In this document: in pieces, positions 1 through 14,114 of the stretch
How positions within the stretch are numbered: position 1 is the stretch's first letter
Layout: the number at the start of each line of letters is the position of its first letter
Assembly: GCA_964016885.1 (NCBI GenBank)
Contig: OZ024742.1
Location: 59,458,001 to 59,522,000 of the forward strand
From: Eledone cirrhosa
Taxonomy: Eukaryota
Length of the DNA stretch: 64,000 nucleotides
Reading direction: 5' to 3'
The notes under the pieces: generated by a model
The model's input: only the letters and a program-made list of their open reading frames with translations
What the model was told of the DNA's origin: nothing
The model's database searches: none
Translations under genes and position numbers: made by a program

Positions 1-574
1 TTTCATTTGCTGTATTTCCTGGGAAATCATGCAGGAGTTCTTTTGATGCTCTAGTTCGGGAATGATGGCTGTACCGAGTGTACTTGCTCAAAATTAGATG
101 AAGCTAAGTCGTTTCTTGTTGAATATCCGGGACCCGTGCATTGCGATTGAATAGCGAGGTGTTTCTACCGTTCAGCAAAATGTTAGGTTGGTATTCTTCT
201 TGACACCTATCAGACGTTCCTGCAATATGTGCAATCTCTTGTGGCAGCAAATCTGGCAGTCAAATTTCTCCGATATTTGAAGGAGGGTGCCTCGTCTAAT
301 ATACTTCATTTTATTTGGGGGTAAGGCTGTAGATAAAACAAGAGGAGGTGGAATTTTCTCTGTTCCAGTAGCTAAATAAGTCTGCATGATATGTGCAAAT
401 GATATGTGCCAAAACTATTTTGTTTGTATTTTCAAAATAGAAGTGGAATGGTTTGACCCAGTTTCGCATCACTTCCTTATTTTATCTGCATTTAAAAACA
501 CATGTAACACTATTATAAATGTTAAATGTACCAATAACAATTTTGAAAATGAGTGTTCCAGTTGTTGAATCAAC

Positions 575-870
575 GGAACTGCTTGCTCGTGAAATTAACG
601 TGTAAGTGGCTGATCACTGTATAAGCACGTTGATACTTAACATAATTTGCAGGGATATTTAGCGTGACAGAGGGCGTTACAAGACTGGCCCTTTGAATTA
701 CAGTTACTGCCATGCTTCCAAACAGATTCTGTCTTCTCAATTCCACTCAGAAAGAGCTTGTGTCGATCCAAGCCTATAAACATTGACACTTACCCAATAT
801 GCCATTCAGCAGGATAGAACTCGAAACCCACTGATTCTGAATTGCATTTCTTTAGCCATGCTGCATCCAC
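575..870 (-). mobile_element. Degenerate SINE-like dispersed repeat (second family); related copy at ~11200-11450
   Basis: Shared motifs cgtgaaatta..cgtg.aag.ggctga and ataatt..cagggatatttagcgtg recur at 11214-11300; tRNA-like head on minus strand near 810-870. Confidence 0.5.
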
Positions 871-2256
871 ATTACAGCGTAAAATTAGACGAATTGTTGT
901 GGATAGTTTTAATGGGGCTGTCAGTTCTCCACCGTTTAAAACGATTTCAGTATACAACAAACATTACGAATGATTACAGAAGCCTCTATACATCTACTCT
1001 GTCAAAAGGATTCTCCGAGGCTACCTCGATAAATATTCTTTCAGTTTGATCTAACGTTATTGGAATCTCCTCGAATTCCTCAACTGATTGGTTGGAGATA
1101 ATTTATCAAATTTGTTATTGTTATATCAGACACACCGGATTCTGTATTAGATTGTTGTCTTAAAACGTGTCTATCTATTAATGTAATAGTTTTTCTCTTA
1201 TGCATTTAGCCGTGTCCAATGGACAAGCATAAATATGTAGCTATTTCCGTTGTGTACCTTTGCAAGTCTTAGTGATCTCTTACTTACGTTATTGATTAAT
1301 TGTAGAGACAGTATGGCGATCTTCTCGATGCATACTACCGTTCAATAAGCAAAACATTCCTCTCGCCATCTGATAATGCTAGCTTGGCTTACATTGCAGA
1401 TTCCCCCTTCAGATATTTGTTGTACAAACTATCATAATTGCCTCAGATCGTCAGCGACAAAATAACGTTTTCCTATATATTTAGAAAATAGCATTTAATC
1501 TTTGGAATACATCCTGTTCTTTTTCCAAATATTAGTTGCGTTTGGCAGAGTACACTATACATAACTAAACAATGGAAAATGAGATAGATTGAAAGAGGGG
1601 GAGAGGAAGGGATAAAAGAGAAAGAGGGAGTGAAAAACAGCGAGGAAAGAGAAAGAGATAACACGTGCTCTGTTGTGAAATCGGTAAAAGATTGACATGG
1701 ATACCATAGATTTCGTGTTCGAATCACAGTGGAGGGCTTGTTTATTCTATCCTATTTTATTGAATAAAGTACTATAAGTATAGTAATACAGTTTGAACTA
1801 ATAATGCATCTGTAATTGGATACATACTTCAAGTGTAAGCAAATGCCTATACAAGCTGTATCGTTCCAATCAATCTCGATCATACTTGGTACAATTAAGT
1901 GAAAGCATTCAATTGCATGCATAGTTATTTTATTTAGAGACGTCACTAAATTGGAGAATCAAATTCGTATAAATAGCGCATTACTGGGAGCGAGTAAATT
2001 ATTACATCCATGTTTTGAATCTAAGCCTCCCGTCCTTAGTTGTATGATACGAAACTGTTTATATTTATCTGAAGATTTTGCATCATAATTTTATGTGAAA
2101 CCCTTTAAGGTATACTCTAAACACCAGAACCAACGGCGACGACAAAGCAAGGAAAGATTTAATCCAGAACCTGTTTTTATCCTTAAATAGAACCATTAAT
2201 CTGGGTAATTACAAGAGAGCCACATCTGTTGAACGAACCTACCAGGTGGAGTTAAT

Positions 2257-2700
2257 AATGATTTCGATTTTAAGCACAAGGACAGTTTTTTTTGGGGGGG
2301 GGGGGGTAAGTGGAGGCAGGGGGTAGATTAAATCGATTCCAGTACGCGACTGGCATTTTGTTTTATCGATCCCGAAACCGAAAGGAAAAGTTGTCCATGA
2401 CGGTATTTGATCTTAGAACATTAGGAGCCTGAACAAATGCTACGCATTTCCCGATGCTCAAACCGCTCTCGGTGGAGTTAATAATGGTTTCTGATATAGG
2501 CACAAGGGCAGCAATTTTGGAGGAGGGGAAAGTCGATTAAATCAACTGCGTGACTGGTACTTCATTTTATCGACCCCGTAAGGATGAAAGGCAAAGTTAA
2601 CCTCGGTGGTATTTGAACTCAGATCATAAAGGGCCGTAACTCTATGCTGCAAAGCATGGCGTCCGACCCTATACCGATACTGCCAATCCACCGCCCTAGT
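2257..2700 (-). mobile_element. Two tandem tRNA-derived SINE copies (main family); first copy degenerate
   Basis: Reverse complement of head ggcggtggattggcagtatcgg, B-box gagttcaaat and core gcctttcatccttacggggtcgataaaa at 2560-2697; eroded copy at 2257-2480. Confidence 0.85.
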
Positions 2701-3867
2701 GGAGTTAATAATCCAAGCAAATTGGTTTTTCACTCTGTCCACAAAGGGATAGTAAAATTGCCGTGTGATTTATCATAGTACTAAAATAGGAAAGTATCAT
2801 GATTTCCAAACAAAATTCTTAATTATTCGCCCACACGGTGTTTTATCAGACGCACACCGGATGGATGGTGCATGTAATTCAAGGTTCAGCTTTCTTATAT
2901 ATTTTCTTCGCTGAACGCCCACATTCAGTTGATCGGACAACTGAATACTCATCGACGACAGTGACGGAGAATCAATCAATGTTTCAAGCCGTTTAAATAG
3001 CTGCAAACCATAATTTCTTCAACGTCCTACTTATGTTATTAAGAATTACGCAAACCAATAGCTGAAACAATCTCTGACCAAATTAAAATGGAGCAAAGCG
3101 GTGTTAACAATAAGACCCAATTCGCCCGAGGTAGATGAATAGAAGAAAGGCTTCGATGAGATATTACTTCGTATTTATAATTTTTCTTATTGATTTTTGT
3201 TGTTGACTCCTTTATGCCCCATACGATAATTCATATTAAGATTTATAAAAATGTCACTAAACTTAATTCACCCATTCACCATTCTTTTACCCTTTTTTCG
3301 TAAATGTCTTTATATTTAACTGTCTCCCATTCAGATTATACCGTGATTAAATGGAAAAGTTAAAAATACTATGACAATGATTTTGTTTTTCAGTGCTCTT
3401 CTCTCGCTACGAAATTTACTGTTATTTGAATATGTAATTTATAAACGTGATAGGCCAACAATACCATATTCAGAGAAGTATCATTAGAATGACAAAAGTT
3501 AGAACAGATACCGCATTGCTTCTTATCCAATACTATCATAATTCTGCCAGTCCACCGCTGTGGCCTGCTACGTTATTTTATCCACGTTAAAAATTACAAA
3601 GCAAAGTTACCTATAGTAGGTTTGGTACTCAGAGTGCAGAGAGTTAAAACAAATAACGGCTATGCCCATTTCCTGCCGATAAAATATCTCTTTAATCTGA
3701 ACGTTTCATTTGTTAAGTAATTTAAAAGCAGAATTATGAAAAGTAAAATAAAGACAAAAGCTTTCGTTTTACATTTGAAATATCTTTTGATATTATCATG
3801 AAATATAAATGAAAAGACGACGAATTAGGAGCAGATTAAATTATTGACAACGTTAAGATGTGATCAG

Positions 3868-4030
3868 TGAGGAAGTGGTAACGCCGTTTGAAGGTCGGAT
3901 AGAATGCTTTGCCGCATCCGTTCAGGCTCTTTGAGTTCTGAGATCAGAGTTCAAATCCTGTCAAAGTCAACATTGGCTTTCATCCTTTCGAGGTCGATAA
4001 AAATGTACCAATCTAGTACTGAGGTCGATT
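3868..4030 (+). mobile_element. Degenerate main-family SINE
   Basis: gagttcaaatcctgtcaaagtcaacattggctttcatcctttcgaggtcgataaaa matches the family core. Confidence 0.7.
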
Positions 4031-4429
4031 CTTCCTCTATATCTCTTTCTCACGTCTTTTCTATCACTATATCTCTCCTTCCCTGGAAGAAATTAGATGT
4101 GGTGGGGCGCTGGACTACGCCAGGTTTGAAAGATTCCCAAGAAACGCTGTATGTCACTAAAGTGCCCGTTCACGAAACACCGTATGTCATTACGGCGCCC
4201 ACACACTCCACCTGGAATTACCGGTACTTACATATAAAATGTACAAACTCCGTTGTGGCTTCAATGAGTGGCGTAGGTAAAGTTGCATTTCCAGAGAAGA
4301 TTATCGCCGAACTGATGCCTATAAGTCTATATTTAGAATTAAGAGATGATTCTACTACTGTTTTTAAGTAAAGATTATTTTTGAAAGATTACGTCTGTAT
4401 ACAAATGGTCGATATTATTTCTTCTTTTA

Positions 4430-5105
4430 GGGCGGTGGATTGGCAGTATCGGTAGAGGGTCGGACGCCATGTTTTAACGCATAGAGTTACGGCCCTCGCC
4501 ATTCTGAGTTCGAATCCCGCTGAGGTTAACTTTGCCTTTCATCCTTATGGGGTCGATAAAATAAAGTACCAGTGTTGTACTGGGTAATTTGCTGGCCTTG
4601 TGCCAAAAAGTAGAAACAATTATTTCTTCAAGGGCAGTGGATTGGCAGTATCGGTAGAGGGTCGGATGTTATGCTTTGCAGCAAAGAGTTACGGCCCTTT
4701 ATGGTCTGAATTCAAATCCCGCCGAGATTAACTTTGCCTTTCATCATTACGGGGTCGATAGAATAAAGTACCAGTAATGTACTGGGTAATTGCTGGCCTT
4801 GTGCCAAAAGTAGAAACAATTATTAACCCGTTCAAGGCTCAGACTACATATGTAATCAGTTTATATTTCGCTTTGTAGGTAATCTCAAAGCGAAAATTAT
4901 CTATATTGCAGCATCATTATTATTGTGGCAGTATCGGTAGAGGGTCGGACGCCATGCTTTGACGCATAGAGTTACGGCCCTTGCCATTCTGAGTTCAAAT
5001 CCCACCGAGGTTAACTTTGTCTTCTATCCTTATGGGGTTGATAAAATAAAGTACCAGTAATACACTGGTTAATTGCTGGCCTTGTGCCAAAAGTAGAAGC
5101 AATTA
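4430..5105 (+). mobile_element. Cluster of three main-family SINEs (4430-4622, 4631-4823, 4926-5103)
   Basis: Each copy has A-box-like TGGCAGTATCGG, B-box GTTC(A/G)AATC, core gcctttcatccttacggggtcgataaaataaagtaccagt and tail gctggccttgtgccaaaagtagaaacaattatt. Confidence 0.93.
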
Positions 5106-5220
5106 TTATTGGTACCGTACATTTGCATTTTACAATGGCTTCGGCTGGAGTAAGCGGCAGTGTCTTTACCTTCGCATACCGTTAGAGACTGGTGCGATTG
5201 ATACTATTATCTATCTACAC

Positions 5221-5283
5221 GCACAAACACACATACATAGATATGCACACGCGCGCACACACACACACAGACACACACATACA

Positions 5284-5347
<64 letters not shown>
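5221..5347. repeat. Compound (CA)n/(CATA)n/(TA)n microsatellite
   Basis: Directly visible. Confidence 0.95.
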
Positions 5348-5349
<2 letters not shown>

Positions 5350-6720
5350 GGTTTAATTCTGACCGTGGCGCCAAACAGTTTCGGCTTATATTTATGTACA
5401 CATATATAAGAAAGTAATACAATTATATTAAGTTTCAGAACATATTTGCTTTGGTAATTTATTTTCTGTTACTCTAAGACACTGCTGGAAGATAAAAGTA
5501 TATCGTCTTATTGTACATCAATCCATATTATTGAAAGGAAACCAATAAAATTATTAAACTTTACAAACAAACATTTAAGCCGTATTGTTCTCTATTACGA
5601 GATTAAATCGTTGTTTCAACGAGGATTACCAATCAGAAACATCAGTATTTTACTTATTTATTTGTTGTCTTTTAAATACACATGAACATTGTGCCGAATC
5701 AAATCAATATTTTAAATTTTGATTCAATAAACAGATTTAAGAGGGAAATAGGAAATATGAAACAAACGGAAAAACAAAATCAGGCAGCTGATGTGATAGT
5801 AAATTTGTCGTTATTCTTCTATTTTAATCTTCACCTTGATTATTTTCATTCTGGCTTATGGTTTAGCTTGTTCATTGTTTGTAAAGTTTATTACATGATT
5901 AGTTAACTCTCAATTCGTCTCCGAAAGTTATTGTTTCTGTTGCATGTAAAATTGCGAGGAAATATTACTCTACACTCTTATGTTCAAATAGAAGAAAAAT
6001 GCTTTCTTTCTTAAAATCATTTGTAAATACAATATTTATATGTGTTTGTTTTATATATAATGTATGGTATCTGCAAATTGTGATATTTTTCTTCTTCGAC
6101 TTCATTGTAGCATTATATGTTAGTGAGCAGGTGTATGTACAACATTTATACGGAAATGTTTGATATATTCTAGATAAGGTCAAGTCATATTTTGATATTA
6201 ATTCTAGCTGGATAGTCACAATGGAAACAATAACGCTTATTGTGGCCGTACGGTATAACAGTTGAGGAGAATCTTATTTGTTATCATATTACATGATATG
6301 AATTTCTCAGATATTATTAATATTCTTTAATATCTTACAGCTGAGTATGACATTCAAATGATTTTGACTTGAGAAAAAACAAAAAAACAATATAAAATAA
6401 AGTCTATCATTGAACTCATTAAAGCAAATCACACGTATAACATCACGATATAAAGACACTCACACACAGATACAGTTATATTCGTACATGTGTACTTTTT
6501 TGGTTCTGCGAGTCCTGGTTTTAAATCGCACCTCCTGTCAAAAAATAAAGTAGTGATAACTTTGCCACGAGATAGGACTGGCAGGTATGATATCAAAACG
6601 GGAAAAAAACAACTGGACATCTAAGGGTACCCAAAATCATAATAGAGTTAAACAGACGCTCAGACTCTCAAATGAACCTGTTACACTCAGGAGAAAGTCC
6701 ATAGTGACAAGTCACTTAAT

Positions 6721-6822
<102 letters not shown>

Positions 6823-7149
6823 GTATTTATGTTTAGTGGTTCACCACTGGTTAGAACTGGTCGTTCCGTTTAGTTAACGCAGATGTATTAGTAGAAAAAG
6901 CACTCTACGAACGTAACTCATCCAACGTTGATGTTAAATCCTGTGGTTGGTGCAGGAACGGAGTTAAATATTGGTTTTATTAAAACAACAGGAGGCCGGA
7001 CTGGTGATGTTCCTTTCAAGTTTTATTTTATATATAGTTCAATGGCCCGATTACGTAAGATCCTGTCGACATAAATAGGTGCGGATTGTACTTTCTTTCT
7101 TTGTGTACGTGATTCCTTTATTGATTGACTAAATATGCAACCCGTAAAT

Positions 7150-7352
7150 GTTTCGCATGTTGTAATTGAGAGTACCATTTTAAAATGCTGGATCGTGCAA
7201 CAGAAAAATTAATATTTCTGCTGTTATAATGTGTGTGTGATAAAACAAACAGCACAATTAGAAGAAAGAAAGAAAACAAAGAAAAGAAATTAACTTTTCT
7301 GTTGCACGATCCAGAATTTTTAAATTATACACTCAATTAAATCGTGCGAAAC
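7150..7352. mobile_element. MITE-like foldback element
   Basis: Arm gtttcgcatg..aattgagagta..ttttaaaatgctggatcgtgcaacagaaaa pairs with ttttctgttgcacgatccagaatttttaaa..ctcaattaaatcgtgcgaaac. Confidence 0.7.
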
Positions 7353-7739
7353 CATTTTGCTGGTTTGAGAGCTGATGATGGTGGAAATATATGTGTATAA
7401 ACTTGTCTTGTACATTGCTTTTCTTTATTTCCTTTTTTCCAGCCACTTCTCTGCGCCAGCGCACATCTCCTTGCCCTCCTCCTCTTTCAATATCTTCTAT
7501 GTTTCACCTTCTACCAATCACTCACCTATCTCTCTGTAGACCTCTGGTCACTTGCTCTGTCCTCTGAAACATTTTTGTCCATTGCTATCTTTGACAGCAT
7601 TTAGCTGTTTGAACAGCTGTTCTAACGATGAGGGTCTGCAAGGAATTTTTTTAATATAGAAAAGACAATTTAGTGCGTCTGTTTTTTAGGTCTGCAGCTG
7701 TCCTGCAAACATTTCGACAGATAGAGTATATCATAGACT

Positions 7740-8110
7740 CATTCTGCCCGAGATTCTGTGGATCATCCATCACATGCATCCTCGAGTGAACTGCAAGGCC
7801 CGCTTTGCTATGCGTTATAAAATCGCAGTGGCAAGTAAGATTGTCCTTTTGAAGAGCAGCATACTGCCAGTATGCCTTGGTAAATAGTTGGTCACAATGT
7901 TTAGATCGACCTCGCTTAAACCTTTGAATAGAGAAGAAACACCACTAATGCCAGCTCTTCTGTTCTGATGCTTTCTTCTCCCACAAAGAGAAGGGGATGT
8001 TACATCGTTTCAGATGGTCCTTGAGTTTGTCTTTGAAGCGCAACAATGGTCTTCCAACTGTCCCGCCTCTCTGAAACTGAGCAAAAAACACCTGCTTAGG
8101 AAGTCTGCTT
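7740..8110 (-). mobile_element. RTE-type LINE 3' remnant
   Basis: Minus strand reads KQVFFAQFQRGGTVGRPLLRFKDKLKDHLKRCNIP..WE.....C.C....HSKAGLAVHSRMH, a typical RTE-clade ORF2 C-terminus. Confidence 0.7.
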
Positions 8111-8204
8111 TATATATATATATATGTGTCTAATGGTAGCTACGATGCTTCCATAGGTGGTATACCCGTTGAGCACTCTATGCTCTTACAGAGCAGAGTA
8201 TGAT

Positions 8205-8714
<510 letters not shown>

Positions 8715-9199
8715 ACTCGACCAACATGTGGGGTCATATTTCTACTAGAGAAGTACTGGACCGGCAATTTATCGACCTCGAAGTATGAAAAGCAACGCAA
8801 ATTGCAATGGGATTTGAATTCGAAACGCAGAAATCTGAGATAAATACATCGAAATATTCTATCTGACGGCCTAGTGGCCTTGCTCATTCGACGCACAATA
8901 TATTGTATAGATTGTAAGGAAAGTAGTATTTTGTGATTTTCTCAGCCAAATTATTTTTCTACACTTATTTTGAATAAAAAGCAATAGTGACATAGAAGAC
9001 TTGTGTCAGCTTAGTCTGTTAAATTTACTTACAAATCCTGCTGTCCTTCGTTTCCCGAGGAAAAATGAATATTTTTTCGCTGCGTGTTTGACATGTCTGG
9101 AAAATATGTTATTTCAAATATCCTAGACAGCTTCTGTGACACAAGTCCCCCAAACCTTCCGTTTGCACATCTCAGCACGTTAATACCTGTTGTATATAA

Positions 9200-9267
9200 A
9201 TATCGATATAGATCTCCCCACCTCTTGTTCTCTCTCTCTACACACACATACACACCCACATATATGC

Positions 9268-9322
<55 letters not shown>

Positions 9323-9426
9323 TACACACACATATATATATTATATATATATATATAAATGTATATATATATATATATATATAAATACATATATATAAAA
9401 ATACACATATATATATATATATATGC

Positions 9427-9474
<48 letters not shown>

Positions 9475-9476
9475 GC

Positions 9477-9508
<32 letters not shown>

Positions 9509-9510
9509 GC

Positions 9511-9542
<32 letters not shown>

Positions 9543-10415
9543 GCATATATATATACATATATATATATGCATATCTATATACATATATATACATATATAT
9601 ATACATATATATATATAGAATTGTGTGATGGACATGTAGTATATAAATTGCGTTTCCTGGATTGTGAGAGTGGTGGTGTGTGCGAGGACAGTGGTGCTGT
9701 TTTGCTTCTCATTTGTAATATTTTTGATATTTTTGGTGTTTCTCTACACACGGGCTTCTATATCGTACAGGTGTGTGTGAAAAATGCTTTACCAGTACAG
9801 CCCCCATGATGCTCTTAATTGCCTGCTTTGACTGCTTGTTTTACATGTAACAATCTGCCGCACTATAATCTTGTATAAATAGGACACGCGTGCATGACTC
9901 ACGTGTGACTGTTGCATACACTGGCTACTCCAAACTATCCTCTTGCTTTATCTTCGTAAACTGCCAATGTTTTATTTTAATTTTAATTTTAATTTTAATT
10001 TTAACTTTAGTTTTGTCCTTTAATATGACTGTAATCTTTGTATGTAAATTGCCATGCTATATTATTATAATGGATGTCAACCCACTGTGGGTCAATATAT
10101 ACATATGTTTCTATATGTCTCTTGTGCTGAAAAGGAGGTCAAGTATGTAAAAAATCACTGAATAATTGCCCCGAAGACCCCAAACCTCGGTTTAGAAGAA
10201 ACAATTGTAAGCAAATAAATGATTTAAACAGAACTTTGATTCATGTAATTCTATATAACTGCTCTGTAAAAGAACTGATGTTGTTACATTGAGCTATTTA
10301 TCTTACTGGTAATAAGATAGTAATAAATTACTGTCTTTCACTATTTAGGGTTTAAAATATATATAACTATAAAAGGTTTTAGTATATACATAACCATAAA
10401 TAGTATCCTTAATAC

Positions 10416-10495
<80 letters not shown>

Positions 10496-10665
10496 ATATA
10501 TGTATATGTGTATATATATACATACATATATACACATATGTACATATGTATATATGTATATATGTATATCTATACGCATGCATATATGTGGGTGTGTATG
10601 TGTGTGTGTAGAGAGAGAGAAAGTGAGAGAGAGAATAGGAGGTGGGGAGATCTATATCGATATAT
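9200..10665. repeat. Inverted-repeat pair enclosing (TA)n tracts and a unique insert
   Basis: tatcgatatagatctccccacctc..tacacacacatacacacccacatatatgcgta (9200-9270) is inverted at 10572-10665. Confidence 0.75.
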
Positions 10666-10732
10666 ATATACGATTAAAATGTTTTCTTTTCTTCGTATAT
10701 TTTATATTTTTGAAAGTAAGGTGATAATTTCA

Positions 10733-10779
<47 letters not shown>

Positions 10780-12145
10780 CAGATTCGCCTGCACCTGTGA
10801 ATAGGCTAAATTATAAATGTGCATATAATAAACTCTTGATGTTTGTAATCTTTATTTAAATAAAAATAATCGCTTCGTGTGTACGCGTGAGAGATATATG
10901 AGAAATATGAGAGGGAATGTTAGCTAGAGAAACATAGAGATAAATACAGATAGGTAGGTAACTATGCATTCAACATTTTAAAGAATAAATTTGTTAGCCG
11001 CAAAACTTTAAGGAACTGAATAAAAAAAAAAATTAAATATTGTATCATGTACTTGTCTCGTGTCTAATTGTACGTAGAATTTTTTTACTTCTTAAGTCTG
11101 AAACATATGTTAAAAATTATTAGCATTCAGTATATTTCGCGACGACCGCTAATGAATTGACCTCTACTGATTCGACAATGTGTGCTCGAATTATTCTATG
11201 AATTATACAGCCTCTTCATGAAATTATCGTGAAAGAGGCTGAGTATTCGACAAATACGTATGCCTATAATATAATTCTCAGGGAGATTTAGCGTGTGTAG
11301 GTCTTCCAAACAAATTTTGTTTGCCCATTTCATTCACATTGCTTGGGTCAATTCGAGGCTAGGATAAATGACATTTGCTGTATATACTACGCTCAAGGAT
11401 GAAACCGGGGTTCTTATGATTGCAAGACAAATATATTAGTCATACGACTATGCTGAGTTCACCGACCCATAGTTCAGAAAGCTCTGCTTTAGAGCATCCA
11501 TTGTTTGCTCGTAAAGACAGCGTTGATGATGTACGCGTGCAATATGCTTTTTTTAAAGCAACTATTGCGACACGTTGTACATGTTTGTTTAGAGATATAC
11601 TATTAAATATATAACATCTTCACATGAAATGTTGTTAGAAATAAGACACAAAAAGACACAACATTTGAAGACAAGACCCTAGTAAAGAACATGATAAGAT
11701 GTAAGTTAAACATACATAGATGTGAGCTGAAGGAAATATTTTATGCTCTTTGTATCTTACAATACATTCATTGTAATTTAAAGTTTTATAATTTATGTAG
11801 GGTGGCCAATGACAAAAGTTAAAATAAAATTATAATTTACAACTCATTAAATAAACTATGTGTTTATATACAAAAAGTTAAAAGTGTTAAAATAGATGAG
11901 GAAGAGGACGTGGTAATCTAATTCCACTAATTACCATAATATGTAAGTGAGGAATCTCAAAGGAAATCTGAAATACAGACACGGAGGAAAAATGATACAG
12001 AGTGAAACAAAAGTTTCAACATCAGTAAAAAATGACAACAGAAGATTTTATTCATAAATCTGTGAACATATCTCTGGTGGGTTAACTGAGACGCATTTAA
12101 AGAGCATAGAGGGGAGGTCGTCAGAAAAAAGCAACACGTGATATA

Positions 12146-12420
12146 AGCACAATATGGCTGAGTGTTTAACGAGTTCGATTCGTAACCACGTGGCTTCGGT
12201 TTCAGCCCCACTGTCTGATGTACACTTTGTACACGGAAACTGAAGCAACTTCTCAGATGCGAGTATGTGTGTGACATTTCATGTTTCATAACATAGTACT
12301 TCAACGAAAATAAGTTCCATACTTGAAAAAATGATATTATCAACGACGTTAAAGCGGTGTCCCAGCATGACCGCAGCCTATTGAGTGAAACCAGTAAAAA
12401 TAAATAAACATAAATAAATA
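12146..12420 (+). mobile_element. tRNA-derived SINE-like repeat (third type), degenerate
   Basis: Head atggctgagtgtttaacgagttcgattcgtaaccacg..ggtttcagccccactg; tail ggtgtcccagcatgaccgcag..gaaaccagtaaaaataaa. Similar heads at 13370, 38990(-) and 48607. Confidence 0.55.
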
Positions 12421-13369
12421 ACAGCCAAAAATGAAGCCAGAATATTTTATTTGTAAATCTATATGCTGATATCTCTGGTGTATTTAGCTGAAACTAAACT
12501 ACAGGGTGTAGAAGGTAGGTCGTTAGGAATATATGATTTAGAAGGAGTGTATGTGTATGTCTGAATGTATGTTTGTGACTGACTATTTATTATTGAACTA
12601 AACAATATGAAGTTATGAACGAAAGTGCGTGAAATCAACAGCAGGTGTAATATTGCACAGAAAAATGCTAAAGGATGAGGGAGTGTGAGGAGAGAGAGAG
12701 AGTGGGCGCACGGAAAGCTGAAGTAATGAAATATATATATTGAGGTGAAAAGTTGAAAGAAACAATGTGTTTAATAAACAGGGATGTACAATGTCGCAAT
12801 GAATATCATAAAAATGAGAAGAAAGGAAGAGACAAAAGGAGAGGGGAGGTAGAGTGAGTGAGGGAAACATAGTAAAGGAAGCAGGCGAAGGGGGGGGGGG
12901 TCTGGTTAATGAAATAAATATTTTGGGTGAAATAAGAATGAAAGGAATAGCGTGTCATAAACAGGGAGGTAATATGTCGTAGAGACAATAGTGAAATCAG
13001 GAGAGAGAGGTAGTGTCGAATTATTCAAATATACGTTGGGGTGAAAGAAATGGTGTATGAAATATAGAAGTGTGTTGTGTATGGGTAAAATGGAACATCG
13101 AATAGAAACAGTAGAGCAAATCAGCTAAACAGAGATTGATAGACATACGGATAGATAGAGAGTGAGAGGGAGGAGAATGGTAATGTGAGAGAGGAATAAC
13201 TGACAATAAACTAGAGAGAAGGTGGGAGAGAGAGAAGGGATAAAGGAGATAGATAGATATAGATGGGGGGGGGGGTAAGAACATAAACATGAATGAATAA
13301 GAGATAGTGTGAATTAGGGAGAAATGTCTTATAGAGACGATAAGAAAATGAAAGAATATGAGACGTAGA

Positions 13370-13540
13370 GGACGCAACCTGGTCGAATGGTTAAACATTT
13401 CGTTTGACAATCATTAGTTCCTGGGTTCAACCCCACAGTGTGGAATCTTGGGTAAGTGTCATTTAGCATGGCATCGGGTCGTCTCATGCCTTGTGGGTGA
13501 AATTGTATGGACGGAAACTGCTAGGAAGACCGTCGTATGG
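13370..13540 (+). mobile_element. tRNA-derived SINE-like repeat
   Basis: tggtcgaatggttaa...ctgggttcaaccccacag (A/B boxes) followed by cttgggtaagtgtc. Confidence 0.55.
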
Positions 13541-14114
13541 ACGGTCTTCCTAATTCAAAGGACAGTGTTTTTACGGGTCTGTGGAATGCTCAGCTACTTA
13601 AAAGTTCATTTCATAAGCAGGTTGTTTGTTCCCTTGATCAAACTGGAATATTAATCGTCGAGAAAGAGATACATTGTTGTGTTTATGTGTTTATGTATTA
13701 TGAATGTGAGAAAGAGAGAGAGAGAGAGAGAGAGTGAGAGAGAGAGAGATATGGGGGGGGTGTATGTGTGAGGAACGGAGAGGGAGTATATGTGTGTGAG
13801 AGGGATAGAGGGACATTATGTTTAGGGTGTAACAAAAAGCAGAAAAATTGGAAGGTATGTGACTAATAGTATGGAATGCAAGAGAAAGTGGAGAAAATCG
13901 GGAGAGAGAAGGGGGGGGGGAGAAGGTGTAAACAATGGTTTCTTCATTAGCCACACAGAGTTGACATAAACAAATTTTTAAGAAGACACGGGACGGTATA
14001 GGACGATAAAAAGTGGGTTTCTCGTGTACACAGTTAGTTACAAGGTACGCCCACTCAGATTGTGCTCTCTACGCTAATCCATAAAAGGTGCAAATAAAGA
14101 CGCAAGTGTAAATA

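Noticed and set aside
1-560. Possible exon or retroelement fragment on the minus strand
   Set aside because: No recognisable motif in any frame examined.
1040-1470. Possible eroded RTE-like fragment on the minus strand
   Set aside because: Only a short RSLRLA-like motif is visible; insufficient.
3904-4371. 155-aa ORF
   Set aside because: It begins inside a SINE and has no recognisable domain.
4430-5105. tRNA genes or a CRISPR-like repeat array
   Set aside because: The units are ~190-bp SINEs with A/B boxes but no cloverleaf; there is no repeat-spacer architecture and the context is eukaryotic.
9029-10804. Many ORFs rich in YI/HT/ER/SL/CV repeats, here and across the window
   Set aside because: They are translations of microsatellites.
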